Part shown: piece by piece, positions 1-8,281 of the stretch
Position numbering within the stretch: position 1 is the stretch's first letter
Layout of the letters: each line of letters opens with the position of its first letter
Assembly (NCBI GenBank): GCA_964354495.1
Contig: CAYHAA010000009.1
Location: 79,884 to 111,883 of the forward strand
DNA from: an uncultured archaeon
GTDB taxonomy: Archaea > Asgardarchaeota > Thorarchaeia > Thorarchaeales > Thorarchaeaceae
Length of the DNA stretch: 32,000 bases
Reading direction: 5' to 3'
Made by a program: the position numbers and the translations under genes
The notes under the pieces: model-generated
Database searches by the model: none
Told to the model about the DNA's origin: nothing
The model's input: only the letters and a program-made list of their open reading frames with translations

Positions 1-2
1 AT

Positions 3-491
3 GAGGTTCTCGGGGCGAAGGTAAACCGTGTTCAGGAACTGGCGAGAGTTCTTGCTTCTCCAGAGATCTACGTTGCTCGTTTGAAGGAGAAATCAATGAG
101 GGAAATTGCCAGACTCTTGGTGCAGAGGCAGCCAGTTGTTATAGGTCATCTTGAGCGATCCTCACTCAACGAGTCTCTTGACAGAATTGTTCAGTTCATA
201 GATGCAATGACTCGTGAGGCACCTCAAGACCTGGTGCCAAAGATGAGCGGACTTCCGAATGGTTTCACTCTTGAAACTGAAGATACTGTCTTCATGGAAG
301 ACCTTGAGAAGTTCCTTACAAGAATTCCTCAAGATGGAAAGGCCATCTTTGACGATATCATCGAGAGTGCTGAGCTTGATATCTTTCTCAAGCATTTCCT
401 CTATGTCATAATCCTTGTATCCCAAGGACGTTTATTGTATAATCCTGCCACACGACAATTACAGAGGCCACTTTTTCCCGAGGCAACATAG
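3..491 (+). CDS. 5'-truncated kleisin-like protein (ScpA/Nse4-like SMC accessory subunit)
   Basis: The frame is open from position 3 (EVLGAKVNRVQELARVLASPEIYVARLKEKSM...), so the gene starts before the window. The N-terminal helix resembles the kleisin 'K/R-V-D/N-x-V' helix; the C-terminal FLKHFLYVIILVSQGRLLY resembles the kleisin C-terminal winged helix (F-x2-LL-x-L-x3-G-x-I/V). Recalled pattern, no alignment run. Confidence 0.45.
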   Translation, partial: EVLGAKVNRVQELARVLASPEIYVARLKEKSMREIARLLVQRQPVVIGHLERSSLNESLDRIVQFIDAMTREAPQDLVPKMSGLPNGFTLETEDTVFMEDLEKFLTRIPQDGKAIFDDIIESAELDIFLKHFLYVIILVSQGRLLYNPATRQLQRPLFPEAT

Positions 492-571
492 AAACAATGG
501 CAATCAATAGCTGCAGGGAACAGGTGCTCATTCTTAGGGAGGACCAATGCAGAGGCGGTGTGTTTCGACAT

Positions 572-1921
572 TCACGCAGACACCTCAAGAAGAAGCTCGC
601 TGGGTGCTTCAAGGGAATGGTTGTTTCCATCTGCAAGTCGGGAGTGCAACTTCAGTTTGGCAATAGCTGCAAAGCCCAGAAGTGAAACGACCACTAAGAC
701 AACAGACGCGCCAATGAAGGGAGGACCTGTCGAACCAGCAGTTTCAGCCCATACTCCGCCAATTGCCATTCCCATTACTTGTACAGCCGTAAATACGACA
801 TTAAAAAGAGAAAAGACACGACCGCGGAACCTATCTTCTACGAGCGTCTGCATCAATACACTGAGAGGTATGTTCAGAATCACATCAACTGCACCGATCA
901 TCGCCCAAGCAAGCAGTACGCTCAAGAAATCAAACGCTATGACCAGTGCGAAGACACCAATGCCAGCTAGAAGACCAGCAAACGCAATGAGATACAATGG
1001 TCTCTCGATTTTGCTCTTGCGGCTTAGATAGACAGCCGCTGTAGCCCCTGTGGCAGCGCCAGCACTGAGTATCAATCCTATCTGAGCAGGTCCAAGCCCC
1101 AATGCGCCTTCGAAATATGGCATCAGGAGTGCATTGAGTATTCCAGAGGAACCTGCGAGTAGCACTGCAAACACAAACAGGAATGAGAGAACTGCATTTC
1201 CTATGACATAGCGGCCGCCCTGAACTATCTGGTCCCGTAGTGATTCGTGCTCTACATACTTTCTCCGTGGGCTGAGATCAGTCGATATTCCGCGGAGAGC
1301 AATGGCTGATAGAATGAAGGTCATCGACGTGATGGCAAAGGCAAGGAAATAGTCGGGAGCAAGGAGCGCAATCAGGATACCTCCGAGAGGAGGAACGACT
1401 AGCTGAACAACCTGGAAAGTCATCTGAGATAGAGAGGATGCTGCGACTAGTTCGTCGCCTTCCACCAGATTGGGAATAGATGCGCTCCTTGCTGGAAAGA
1501 ACCATGCATTTGCAGTTGCATGGATAAGCGTCAAGAGATACACCCAATAGATGGGGGGAATGAACGATGGAAAATGGATTGTTACAGGTATCAGTATAAT
1601 TGCAGCAGCTCGAATAATATCTGATGCAATCATGATTCTCTTGCGATTCCAACGATCAACATATACACCAATGAAGCCAGCAAACACGACAACAGGCAAC
1701 ACTTCAACCATGGCGAGTACTGCCATTGCCATGGTAGAACCTGTTAGGTCATAGGCATAGAACAGAAGGGCAAGGGCAGATATTGCAGTGCCAATATTCG
1801 ATACAAGTTGTCCTAGCCAGAGGCGTGAGTAATCAGGATGGCGTAGAGCGGCCCCAAAGCCACTCGGCCGTAGTTCATCTGCAGCACCCTCAGGTTGCTG
1901 GTCAATCAACGATTCTACCAT
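572..1921 (-). CDS. MFS transporter, 12-TM, DHA3/macrolide-efflux-like
   Basis: About 12 hydrophobic segments; motif-A-like GVYVDRWNRKRIMIASDIIR; N-terminal LWLGQLVSNIG; C-half RFRGRVFS. Confidence 0.92.
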   Translation of the reverse strand: MVESLIDQQPEGAADELRPSGFGAALRHPDYSRLWLGQLVSNIGTAISALALLFYAYDLTGSTMAMAVLAMVEVLPVVVFAGFIGVYVDRWNRKRIMIASDIIRAAAIILIPVTIHFPSFIPPIYWVYLLTLIHATANAWFFPARSASIPNLVEGDELVAASSLSQMTFQVVQLVVPPLGGILIALLAPDYFLAFAITSMTFILSAIALRGISTDLSPRRKYVEHESLRDQIVQGGRYVIGNAVLSFLFVFAVLLAGSSGILNALLMPYFEGALGLGPAQIGLILSAGAATGATAAVYLSRKSKIERPLYLIAFAGLLAGIGVFALVIAFDFLSVLLAWAMIGAVDVILNIPLSVLMQTLVEDRFRGRVFSLFNVVFTAVQVMGMAIGGVWAETAGSTGPPFIGASVVLVVVSLLGFAAIAKLKLHSRLADGNNHSLEAPSELLLEVSA

Positions 1922-2184
1922 CCAAGGTGCACCTCTGTCATTTCCTCCGTCGAAAGCAGAGGTTCTCGTAAGGCTCGTCTCTGAAGGGCTGGATCGATTC
2001 TCTGGCGTGTCATTCTAGCACCCCATCCGCGATATGATCGTCAAAGCCAATGCATCAGCAATCTGTACATTGATCGACCGATTTCTCTTGGTCAGAAGAA
2101 TCAATTGAGAATTATCTCGAAGAGTCATGATCATTCACATTCTCCTATGAACTGGTCAGTGGTAATGGTCGTTCTGAGCTGCAA

Positions 2185-2214
2185 TGACCACATCTGTGAC
2201 CACTACGTGACCAC
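2185..2214. repeat. Three phased TGACCAC direct repeats in a non-coding region
   Basis: TGACCAC at 2185, 2197 and 2208 (spacing 12 and 11 bp). Confidence 0.55.
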
Positions 2215-2539
2215 AAGTCAATGGGCTGGTGATCTGAGGTCATCATCATGACCATTCGCTCAGAAGATGCCATTGGCAACTACCTCAGACTTGAGAGGAA
2301 TGCATAGGCAATAGCATCAGTGCTCTGAACTTGGCGAAGAGCCTTGTTCTTTGGGAAGGTTGAGTTGTTGATTGTTGGAGCCATAATAATTCACAGGAAA
2401 TACTGCTCAATATTGGTATATATAGCGAAGCCACTTATGAGGGACACAGGATGAAGTCACAAGATGTGACGACCTCTAGAGCAAGTCACCGGTCCGGCAG
2501 GTCATACTTTATACCTGATTGTACTGAGGAATTCGAAAC

Positions 2540-3043
2540 ATGAACGAGTATGCAGTGCTTGTTAAGCTCCTCACACGAACAGGAACACCCATTGGTGCAA
2601 GCATAGATGACATGCTCGATGCACTCGGTCTCCCTGAGGATGCCGGGAGGCATGTTCTATTCCAAAAGCTGAGTAACCTTCATGAGAGGGTCAGACCACT
2701 GGGTCTTGTTATCAAGCACAATCCAGTATCAGGAGTCTTCTATCTTGACACCTTCAGCGAGGTTACGCTTCCTCAAGATGGTACCACACTGCCAGATAGG
2801 CTTGCGGCAACTCTTCTTATTGTAATGACACTGGCCTACCAAGATGGTGGCTGGGTGAATGTCGAGAGAGTCAGAGAGTTCAGGAAGAAGGCGCTGCAGG
2901 GTGTGATGGTCGATCTTCGAGAACTGCAGAGTCAGGGCTATGTTGATTTGGATCAGGACAAGAAGCGAGTACGCCTTGGAACAAAAGTGCCATTCGAGAT
3001 CGACTACGAGGCATTCTTCAAAAACCTAGCAGAGAGTCAATAA
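2540..3043 (+). CDS. Tandem winged-helix KITE-like protein (ScpB/Nse1/Nse3-like)
   Basis: Two WH-like halves. C-half LAATLLIVMTLAYQDGGWVNVERVREFRKKALQGVMVDLRELQSQGYV follows the ScpB pattern (TLAIIAY...I.EIRG....L.EL...G.I); N-half LHERVRPLGLVIKHNPVSGVFYL and terminal RLGTKVPFEID recall Nse1/Nse3. GAGG 9 nt upstream of the ATG. Confidence 0.55.
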   Translation: MNEYAVLVKLLTRTGTPIGASIDDMLDALGLPEDAGRHVLFQKLSNLHERVRPLGLVIKHNPVSGVFYLDTFSEVTLPQDGTTLPDRLAATLLIVMTLAYQDGGWVNVERVREFRKKALQGVMVDLRELQSQGYVDLDQDKKRVRLGTKVPFEIDYEAFFKNLAESQ

Positions 3044-3114
3044 CTGTTTCAGAAGGACGGTTCCTTCGCTAGTTTTATCAGCAGTCAGATACGACTCATG
3101 ACTGGTCAACAATC

Positions 3115-3474
3115 ATGTCCCACAGACGTTCTCTTCGATTTTCACAGTCTACCTGCCCAGTCTGTGGAGGCAAGGAAGTGGCCCGCGATGACCTCAAGGG
3201 AGACCTTCTTTGCACTAACTGCGGACATATCGTGACCCGTACCGAATCGAGAAGTGTTGGTAAGTTCGATATCGCTCAACACCTCAAGCGAAACGGGAAG
3301 ATGACCTTCCCGAGCTTGATTGAAGTCACTGGAGCCTCTGATGACAAGCTCTTTGGTGTGCTCCAAGGCATGGAGAGCATGGAACTCGTTGAACAGATAA
3401 CAGGACAATACACTCTCACAAAGAAAGGACAGAGATGGTACCGTCAAAGACTGGGACAGGAGTGGGGATACTAA
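3115..3474 (+). CDS. TFIIB-type zinc ribbon fused to a winged-helix domain
   Basis: CPVCGG...DDLKGDLLCTNCGHIV is a TFIIB-like ribbon; C-terminal HLKRNGKMTFPSLIEVTG...LQGMESMELVEQITGQYTLTKKG is a wHTH with the YxLTxKG wing. Confidence 0.75.
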   Translation: MSHRRSLRFSQSTCPVCGGKEVARDDLKGDLLCTNCGHIVTRTESRSVGKFDIAQHLKRNGKMTFPSLIEVTGASDDKLFGVLQGMESMELVEQITGQYTLTKKGQRWYRQRLGQEWGY

Positions 3475-3623
3475 GTCACGAGAGGCATCCCCTGTTCCTT
3501 AGTGGATACTATATTCACATCATTTCTGGAGAGAGTTATTACGCTAAATTTTCCCGGCTGAAATAGATTCATTAGACCTTCAAACTTTGATTGAACGGGA
3601 TTCGGTCCGATGAATACCTAATT

Positions 3624-3882
3624 CTTCAATCTCCCTCCTACCACGCGATTGTGCTGCAAAACAGCACACTTGGATTGCGGATCGAATCCTTTCATCTTCT
3701 ATATCGCAGATTCTCTTTCTATGCTCGACACATCAATGGATAAGTACTCACTTGAAACCCATTTTTCCAAATGCACCTAACTAAATGCTTAATATGCGTT
3801 CGAATACGGTACGCACGGGGCTTGGAACAGAGAGCTTCAAACTCCCCTCCTAACCACGCGAATATTCCTACGTCAGTAGGAA
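3624..3882. repeat. Two imperfect copies of a ~26-nt motif, each followed by a 7-bp hairpin
   Basis: cttcaatctccctcctaccacgcga (3624-3648) vs cttcaaactcccctcctaaccacgcga (3835-3861); hairpins tgtgctg-caaaa-cagcaca (3650-3668) and ttcctac-gtca-gtaggaa (3865-3882). Confidence 0.55.
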
Positions 3883-3933
3883 CCTACTTTCCCTAGATTT
3901 TTCTCTGCGCCAGGCCCTTATCATCTTCTCCAT

Positions 3934-5079
3934 TCACAGCGACTTCTTTGTGATAATCAGGTCTTTGCCATCTATCTTCACTGGCATCGCCGGAGGCAGA
4001 TCCAATAGCCAATCCTCGAGCTCCTCAGGTGTCTTAAAGCGAAGTAGTATACCCAGTCTATCAAGGGGTAATGTCTCATACCGAGTCATGATCTTCTTCA
4101 TCTGGAACATGCGGAATGCTTCAAGTTCAGCCAGCGCTTCTTCAGCAAGCTCCTTTGACTTGTCAAACCAAGGGCTCTCTTTCTCAAACTCCCAGATTTC
4201 TACAAGTCCTTCCACTGAGCCTGTTATGACGTATCTACCATCCGGTGTGACAACCATGGAATGGACATTATCCGTATGGGTCAAATCAGCAACGAGAACA
4301 CCGCCGCGTAGGACCCAGACACGCACCGTTCCATCAGACGAACCGGTGATTACGTGCTGGCCATCAGTCGTTATGTGGATTGTGAGAATGGGCGCATGAT
4401 GACCTGTCATCGTCTTAAGCAGAGTACCTGTTTCGAGGTCCCAGAGGTACACGATACCATCCTGATCGCCTGAGAGAATGTATCGAGAATCAGCAGTCAT
4501 AACCAGAGCAGTCACATGACCCTGATGTCCCTCAAGGAGTCTGAGTAGAACACCAAGTTCAAAGTCCCAAATCCAGACAGCGCCAACATCTCTTGTGCCA
4601 GGTGTCCGTTTGCTTCCAGAGATCAAATATCGCCCATCAGGACTCACCATCAATGAGTAAATCCCACGTCCATGGTCAGAACTACGCAGCATGACTCCTC
4701 TGTCTATATCCCAGTACCTTGCAACACCGTCATCCCCACCAGTGACGATGAATCGCTGATCTGGGCTGACAGCGATTGCTGTGACATGAGCAGAGTTGGG
4801 TGCAAGAGACCGGATCAACTCATGCGTTTCGAGGTCCCAAATCTTGACAGCGAGGTCCTTGTCGGCAATCGAAACAAGACGCTTACCATCTGGCATAACA
4901 ACAAGCCTGTAGACGGGCCCATTATGACCGAGGAACTTATGGAGCTCCTTTCCTGATGCAAAGTCCCACAGGCGTATTGTGGTGTCTTGACCGCCCGAAA
5001 CGATGACTCGACCATCTGGTGTGATTGCCAAGCTCCAGACAGTGAATTCGTGCCCTTCCATTTGACCACTTGGTGTCAT
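3934..5079 (-). CDS. 7-repeat WD40 beta-propeller protein with C-terminal PCI-like winged helix
   Basis: Seven GH...WD-type repeats (e.g. GHEFTVWSLAITPDGRVIVSGGQDTTIRLWD), a helical linker, then RYETLPLDRLGILLRFKTPEELEDWLLDL...VKIDGKDLII. ATG at 5079 preferred over the TTG at 5124. Confidence 0.9.
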   Translation of the reverse strand: MTPSGQMEGHEFTVWSLAITPDGRVIVSGGQDTTIRLWDFASGKELHKFLGHNGPVYRLVVMPDGKRLVSIADKDLAVKIWDLETHELIRSLAPNSAHVTAIAVSPDQRFIVTGGDDGVARYWDIDRGVMLRSSDHGRGIYSLMVSPDGRYLISGSKRTPGTRDVGAVWIWDFELGVLLRLLEGHQGHVTALVMTADSRYILSGDQDGIVYLWDLETGTLLKTMTGHHAPILTIHITTDGQHVITGSSDGTVRVWVLRGGVLVADLTHTDNVHSMVVTPDGRYVITGSVEGLVEIWEFEKESPWFDKSKELAEEALAELEAFRMFQMKKIMTRYETLPLDRLGILLRFKTPEELEDWLLDLPPAMPVKIDGKDLIITKKSL

Positions 5080-5193
5080 CTCGTTGACCAAATTCGGGCA
5101 TCTCCTCATTCCAGTTGTTGGCAACTGATGCAGTGTGATAAATGGAAAAAAAGCTTATGGCATATACCGAGGATACAAGAAAAAGAGAAGGAG

Positions 5194-5212
5194 GGTGGCA
5201 CGAAGTGCCACC
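5194..5212 (-). terminator. Probable terminator hairpin downstream of hppA
   Basis: Perfect 8-bp stem ggtggcac-gaa-gtgccacc; on the minus strand it is followed by the pyrimidine/T-rich ctccttctctttttcttg, and lies 20 nt after the hppA stop. Confidence 0.6.
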
Positions 5213-5232
5213 ACACTAATTTGGCGCTCTGA

Positions 5233-7629
5233 CTAGACAGCTTCAGCTTGGACTTCCTTCTCCATGCCAAAGTCAGCAGGCCTCATACTCTTGCGTAGTG
5301 CCCATATTGTCATGCCGAACAGGATAATGAGAGCAATGACCCCTGCGAGCATCATAGTCAGATTCGTAGCTGCTTGTGTTTCCAGCATCACCAAGAGAGG
5401 TGCAAGAATCAAAGCCAGCAGGTTGACCACTTTGATCATTGGATTGAGCGAGGGACCTGCAGTATCCTTGAGAGGATCACCCACAGTGTCGCCTACGACG
5501 CTACACTTGTGACGTTCTGAGCCTTTACCTCTATTGTGAGCGGGATCCCGGGGCTCACTCTCTATTGACTTCTTCGCATTGTCCCAAGCACCACCAGTGT
5601 TGGACATGTACACTGCAAGTAGCTGCCCAGACACGATGATTCCTCCGAGGAACCCTCCGAGGGCCGCTATGCCAAAGAGAATGCCTACAATGAGAGGTAC
5701 TGACACTGTCAAGGCCGCAAGAGAAACAAGTTCCTTTTGAGCTGCTGTAGTCGAGATGCCGACAGCCTTTCTGTAATCAGGTTTGACAGTACCCTCAAGA
5801 ACGCCGGGTATTCTGAACTGCCTGCGTACCTCCACGACCATCTGCCCAGCTGCACGGCTCACTGCTTTAATGTTCACGGAAGAGAACAGCCATGGCAGTG
5901 CGGCACCAAGAAGAAGCCCAGAGAACACTCGGGGATCATCAAGGAGTAGATGCTCCAATCCTGCCACGACTACAAAGCTATTGAATAGGCTTACTGCAGC
6001 AATGACTGCCGAAGCAATTGCTACGCCCTTCGTGATTGCCTTAGTCGTGTTGCCTACCGCATCGAGCTCAGCCAATACCTTGTCAGACTCATCATCAAAA
6101 TCACCAGGAGATAGCTCAGCGATACCTCCAGCATTATCACTGATTGGACCGTATGAGTCCATGGCGACATTGTTGCCTGTGTGAGATAGCATCCCGATAC
6201 CAATCAGTGCAATACCATAGAGTGTCCAGAGATTACCCTCTATACCGACAACGAAAGCTGGAGCAAAGAGTGCGGCTACTCCGGGCATGAAAAGAACGGT
6301 AGCGATACCGAATGTAGAAACAATCACCACTAGTGCGGCCACAGTTGATTCATACCCTGAGGCGATACCGGATAGGATTAGGGTTGCTGTGCCCGTGTCA
6401 GTGGACTTGACAATCTCCTTGACAGGTGCCTTCCTGAGAGAAGTGAAGTAGCTTGTAATGGGATTGAAAGAAACTGCTAGCATGACACCAACAGCAACTA
6501 GAATTCCGAATCTGATATCTCCCACGTAGACCCATGACAGTAACATGGTCAGAGTAATTGTGAAGGCACTGGATGCCTCATATGAGAGGAACATCGCCTT
6601 CTCGGCATAGACTGCATGCTTCTTGAGCACTCTTGGCCAGAAGGGGACCATTACAGTACCGATCATTGATGAGATTACCCCAACGGCTCTCACGAACAAT
6701 GGAAAGACTACAACAGCGAGTGCTCCACCAGGGAGAAGATTGGCGAAGTATTCGATAGGATCTCCTGGCAGCCCTAGACTGTCAACATACAACACGATAG
6801 CGAGAATCAATGAGGAAACAATTGTAACTTCGTATGACTCAAATATATCTGCAGCCATACCTGCGCAGTCACCCACATTGTCTCCAACGAGGTCTGCAAT
6901 AACTGCAGCATTTCTTGGGTCATCTTCAGGTAGGCCCTGCTCAACTTTGCCTACGAGATCTGCACCGACATCAGCTGCTTTGGTGTAGATTCCACCACCT
7001 ACCCTCATGAAGAGTGCTAGAAGTGTGCCGCCAAGGCCAAAGCCTAGAAGCGCATCCGGTGACGCGATGCCAAAGATGATGAAAATGATAGTGCCACCAA
7101 TCAGACCCAGTCCGTCGGTGAGCATACCCGTAAAAGTACCGCCTCTGTACGCAATCGTCAGAGCACGATTGTACCTGTCTTCTCCCTCACGTGTAGCCTG
7201 TGCAACCCTAATATTGGACTCAACAGCAATACGCATGCCAAGTTGTCCAACCATCAGCGAGAAGCTTGCACCAAGGACAAAGGCCAATGATCGACCAACA
7301 CCGACGATTATGCGGCCTGCCTCTGAGTCGCCGAATAGGACTTCGGTGCCTCTCTCTGGTGTCGTTATGTAAACGGTGAAGAAGAGGAGGAAAGCCAACA
7401 CAAACAGAATCGGAACAATCGTCTTCAACTGTCTGCGCAGATATGATAGTGCCCCTTCCCTGATACCGTTCCAAACTGTCTGCATCTGCTCAGTACCCTT
7501 GTCCTGTACCAGGACACCCTTTCTGAGCCACCAAGCATACACGAGACTCACGATAGATGCTGCAATGACTGTCAGTATCATCAACTGAGCAATCCAGTGC
7601 ATACCCAAGAATGTCTCGAATAATTGCAT
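5233..7629 (-). CDS. hppA: Membrane-bound cation-translocating pyrophosphatase, K+-independent type
   Basis: TKAADVGADLVGKVE, EDDPRN, DNVGDCAG, DSYGPISDNAGGIAE, GGAWDNAKK and GDTVGDPLKDTAGP motifs; GNTTKA determinant; many TM helices. ATG at 7629 has GGTGA 8 nt upstream (alternative ATG 7644). Confidence 0.97.
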   Translation of the reverse strand: MQLFETFLGMHWIAQLMILTVIAASIVSLVYAWWLRKGVLVQDKGTEQMQTVWNGIREGALSYLRRQLKTIVPILFVLAFLLFFTVYITTPERGTEVLFGDSEAGRIIVGVGRSLAFVLGASFSLMVGQLGMRIAVESNIRVAQATREGEDRYNRALTIAYRGGTFTGMLTDGLGLIGGTIIFIIFGIASPDALLGFGLGGTLLALFMRVGGGIYTKAADVGADLVGKVEQGLPEDDPRNAAVIADLVGDNVGDCAGMAADIFESYEVTIVSSLILAIVLYVDSLGLPGDPIEYFANLLPGGALAVVVFPLFVRAVGVISSMIGTVMVPFWPRVLKKHAVYAEKAMFLSYEASSAFTITLTMLLSWVYVGDIRFGILVAVGVMLAVSFNPITSYFTSLRKAPVKEIVKSTDTGTATLILSGIASGYESTVAALVVIVSTFGIATVLFMPGVAALFAPAFVVGIEGNLWTLYGIALIGIGMLSHTGNNVAMDSYGPISDNAGGIAELSPGDFDDESDKVLAELDAVGNTTKAITKGVAIASAVIAAVSLFNSFVVVAGLEHLLLDDPRVFSGLLLGAALPWLFSSVNIKAVSRAAGQMVVEVRRQFRIPGVLEGTVKPDYRKAVGISTTAAQKELVSLAALTVSVPLIVGILFGIAALGGFLGGIIVSGQLLAVYMSNTGGAWDNAKKSIESEPRDPAHNRGKGSERHKCSVVGDTVGDPLKDTAGPSLNPMIKVVNLLALILAPLLVMLETQAATNLTMMLAGVIALIILFGMTIWALRKSMRPADFGMEKEVQAEAV

Positions 7630-8048
7630 TTTGTCTTTCACCATTCCGTTTTTCTTCAGTATACTAGGACTCCAAAACGATAGACTCCTAAACCTAGATT
7701 CCGGTGTGATTGAACAGTTGGGCAAAATATCGCCCTCTTAAGGATATCTTTGAAGGATGGTTATAACAAAGGCTATTCAGAGAAATACTGCTGCTAGCCC
7801 AATCTTTGCTCGTCTTTGTTGCTCATTGACTATGTTGTTTCTCCGTTCATCCCTTCACATTATTCATGATCCCCATGACCAAGGAAATCGGCGATTGCAG
7901 AAGAAGAGAGGATATCGAGAAGCACGATTGAAGCGAAAAGCAATAGAAGACATGATAAGGAAACTCAGCGAATTGAGATTCAACGTATCATATTCATCAT
8001 GTTTACGATAACGTGAAGAACTCAGTTCTGTTAGGGAGTGATTTCCAT

Positions 8049-8159
8049 ATGATACATTGCACTAGATGTAAGAAGAAAATCAGAGGAGAACCAACTTACG
8101 TGGGTCCTTCGCATCGTCCATATTGTAAGAACTGCGCAACCAAGGTCACTGATCAATAA
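8049..8159 (+). CDS. 36-aa CxxC-x18-CxxC zinc-finger microprotein (not in the ORF track)
   Basis: Manual translation MIHCTRCKKKIRGEPTYVGPSHRPYCKNCATKVTDQ*; GGAGTGA ribosome-binding-like motif just upstream of the ATG. Confidence 0.7.
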   Translation: MIHCTRCKKKIRGEPTYVGPSHRPYCKNCATKVTDQ

Positions 8160-8173
8160 GATTCGAAGAAGGA

Positions 8174-8250
8174 TGGTGGACCGGGCGTGATTTGAACACG
8201 CGGCCTCATGGATGCAAACCATGCGATCTGCCGGGCTAATCTACCGGCCC
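8174..8250 (-). tRNA. tRNA-Ala(UGC), intronless, CCA encoded
   Basis: Minus strand GGGCCGGTAGATTAGCCCGGCAGATCGCATGGTTTGCATCCATGAGGCCGCGTGTTCAAATCACGCCCGGTCCACCA folds as a cloverleaf: acceptor GGGCCGG/CCGGTCC with G3:U70 (Ala identity pair), anticodon stem CATGG/CCATG, loop TT-TGC-AT, T-arm GCGTG-TTCAAAT-CACGC. Confidence 0.96.
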
Positions 8251-8281
8251 ACTGCTAGAGAGCTGTCTGGTGATGCGCGTT

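Noticed and set aside
2112-2384. Minus-strand ATG frame of 91 codons with two in-frame TAGs, plus several 30-40 aa ORFs upstream of the MFS gene
   Set aside because: No family resemblance or consistent codon pattern; readthrough and leader-peptide ideas are unsupported.
3471-3776. Minus-strand frame of 102 codons interrupted only by TAG stops (possible amber/pyrrolysine readthrough)
   Set aside because: The peptide resembles nothing, no pyl genes are in the window, and such a frame is plausible by chance given six frames and several gaps.
7757-8011. 84-aa plus-strand ORF between hppA and the zinc-finger microprotein
   Set aside because: No recognisable motif; the N-terminal half looks like non-coding translation and overlaps the likely hppA promoter. 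A shorter basic peptide from ATG 7832 cannot be excluded but is unsupported.
8031-8222. 63-aa minus-strand ORF in the track
   Set aside because: Overlaps the tRNA-Ala gene and lies antisense to the better-supported zinc-finger microprotein.
8160-8250. tRNA 3' end as an integration site for a mobile element
   Set aside because: No integrase and no duplicated tRNA 3' fragment (attR) found elsewhere in the window.
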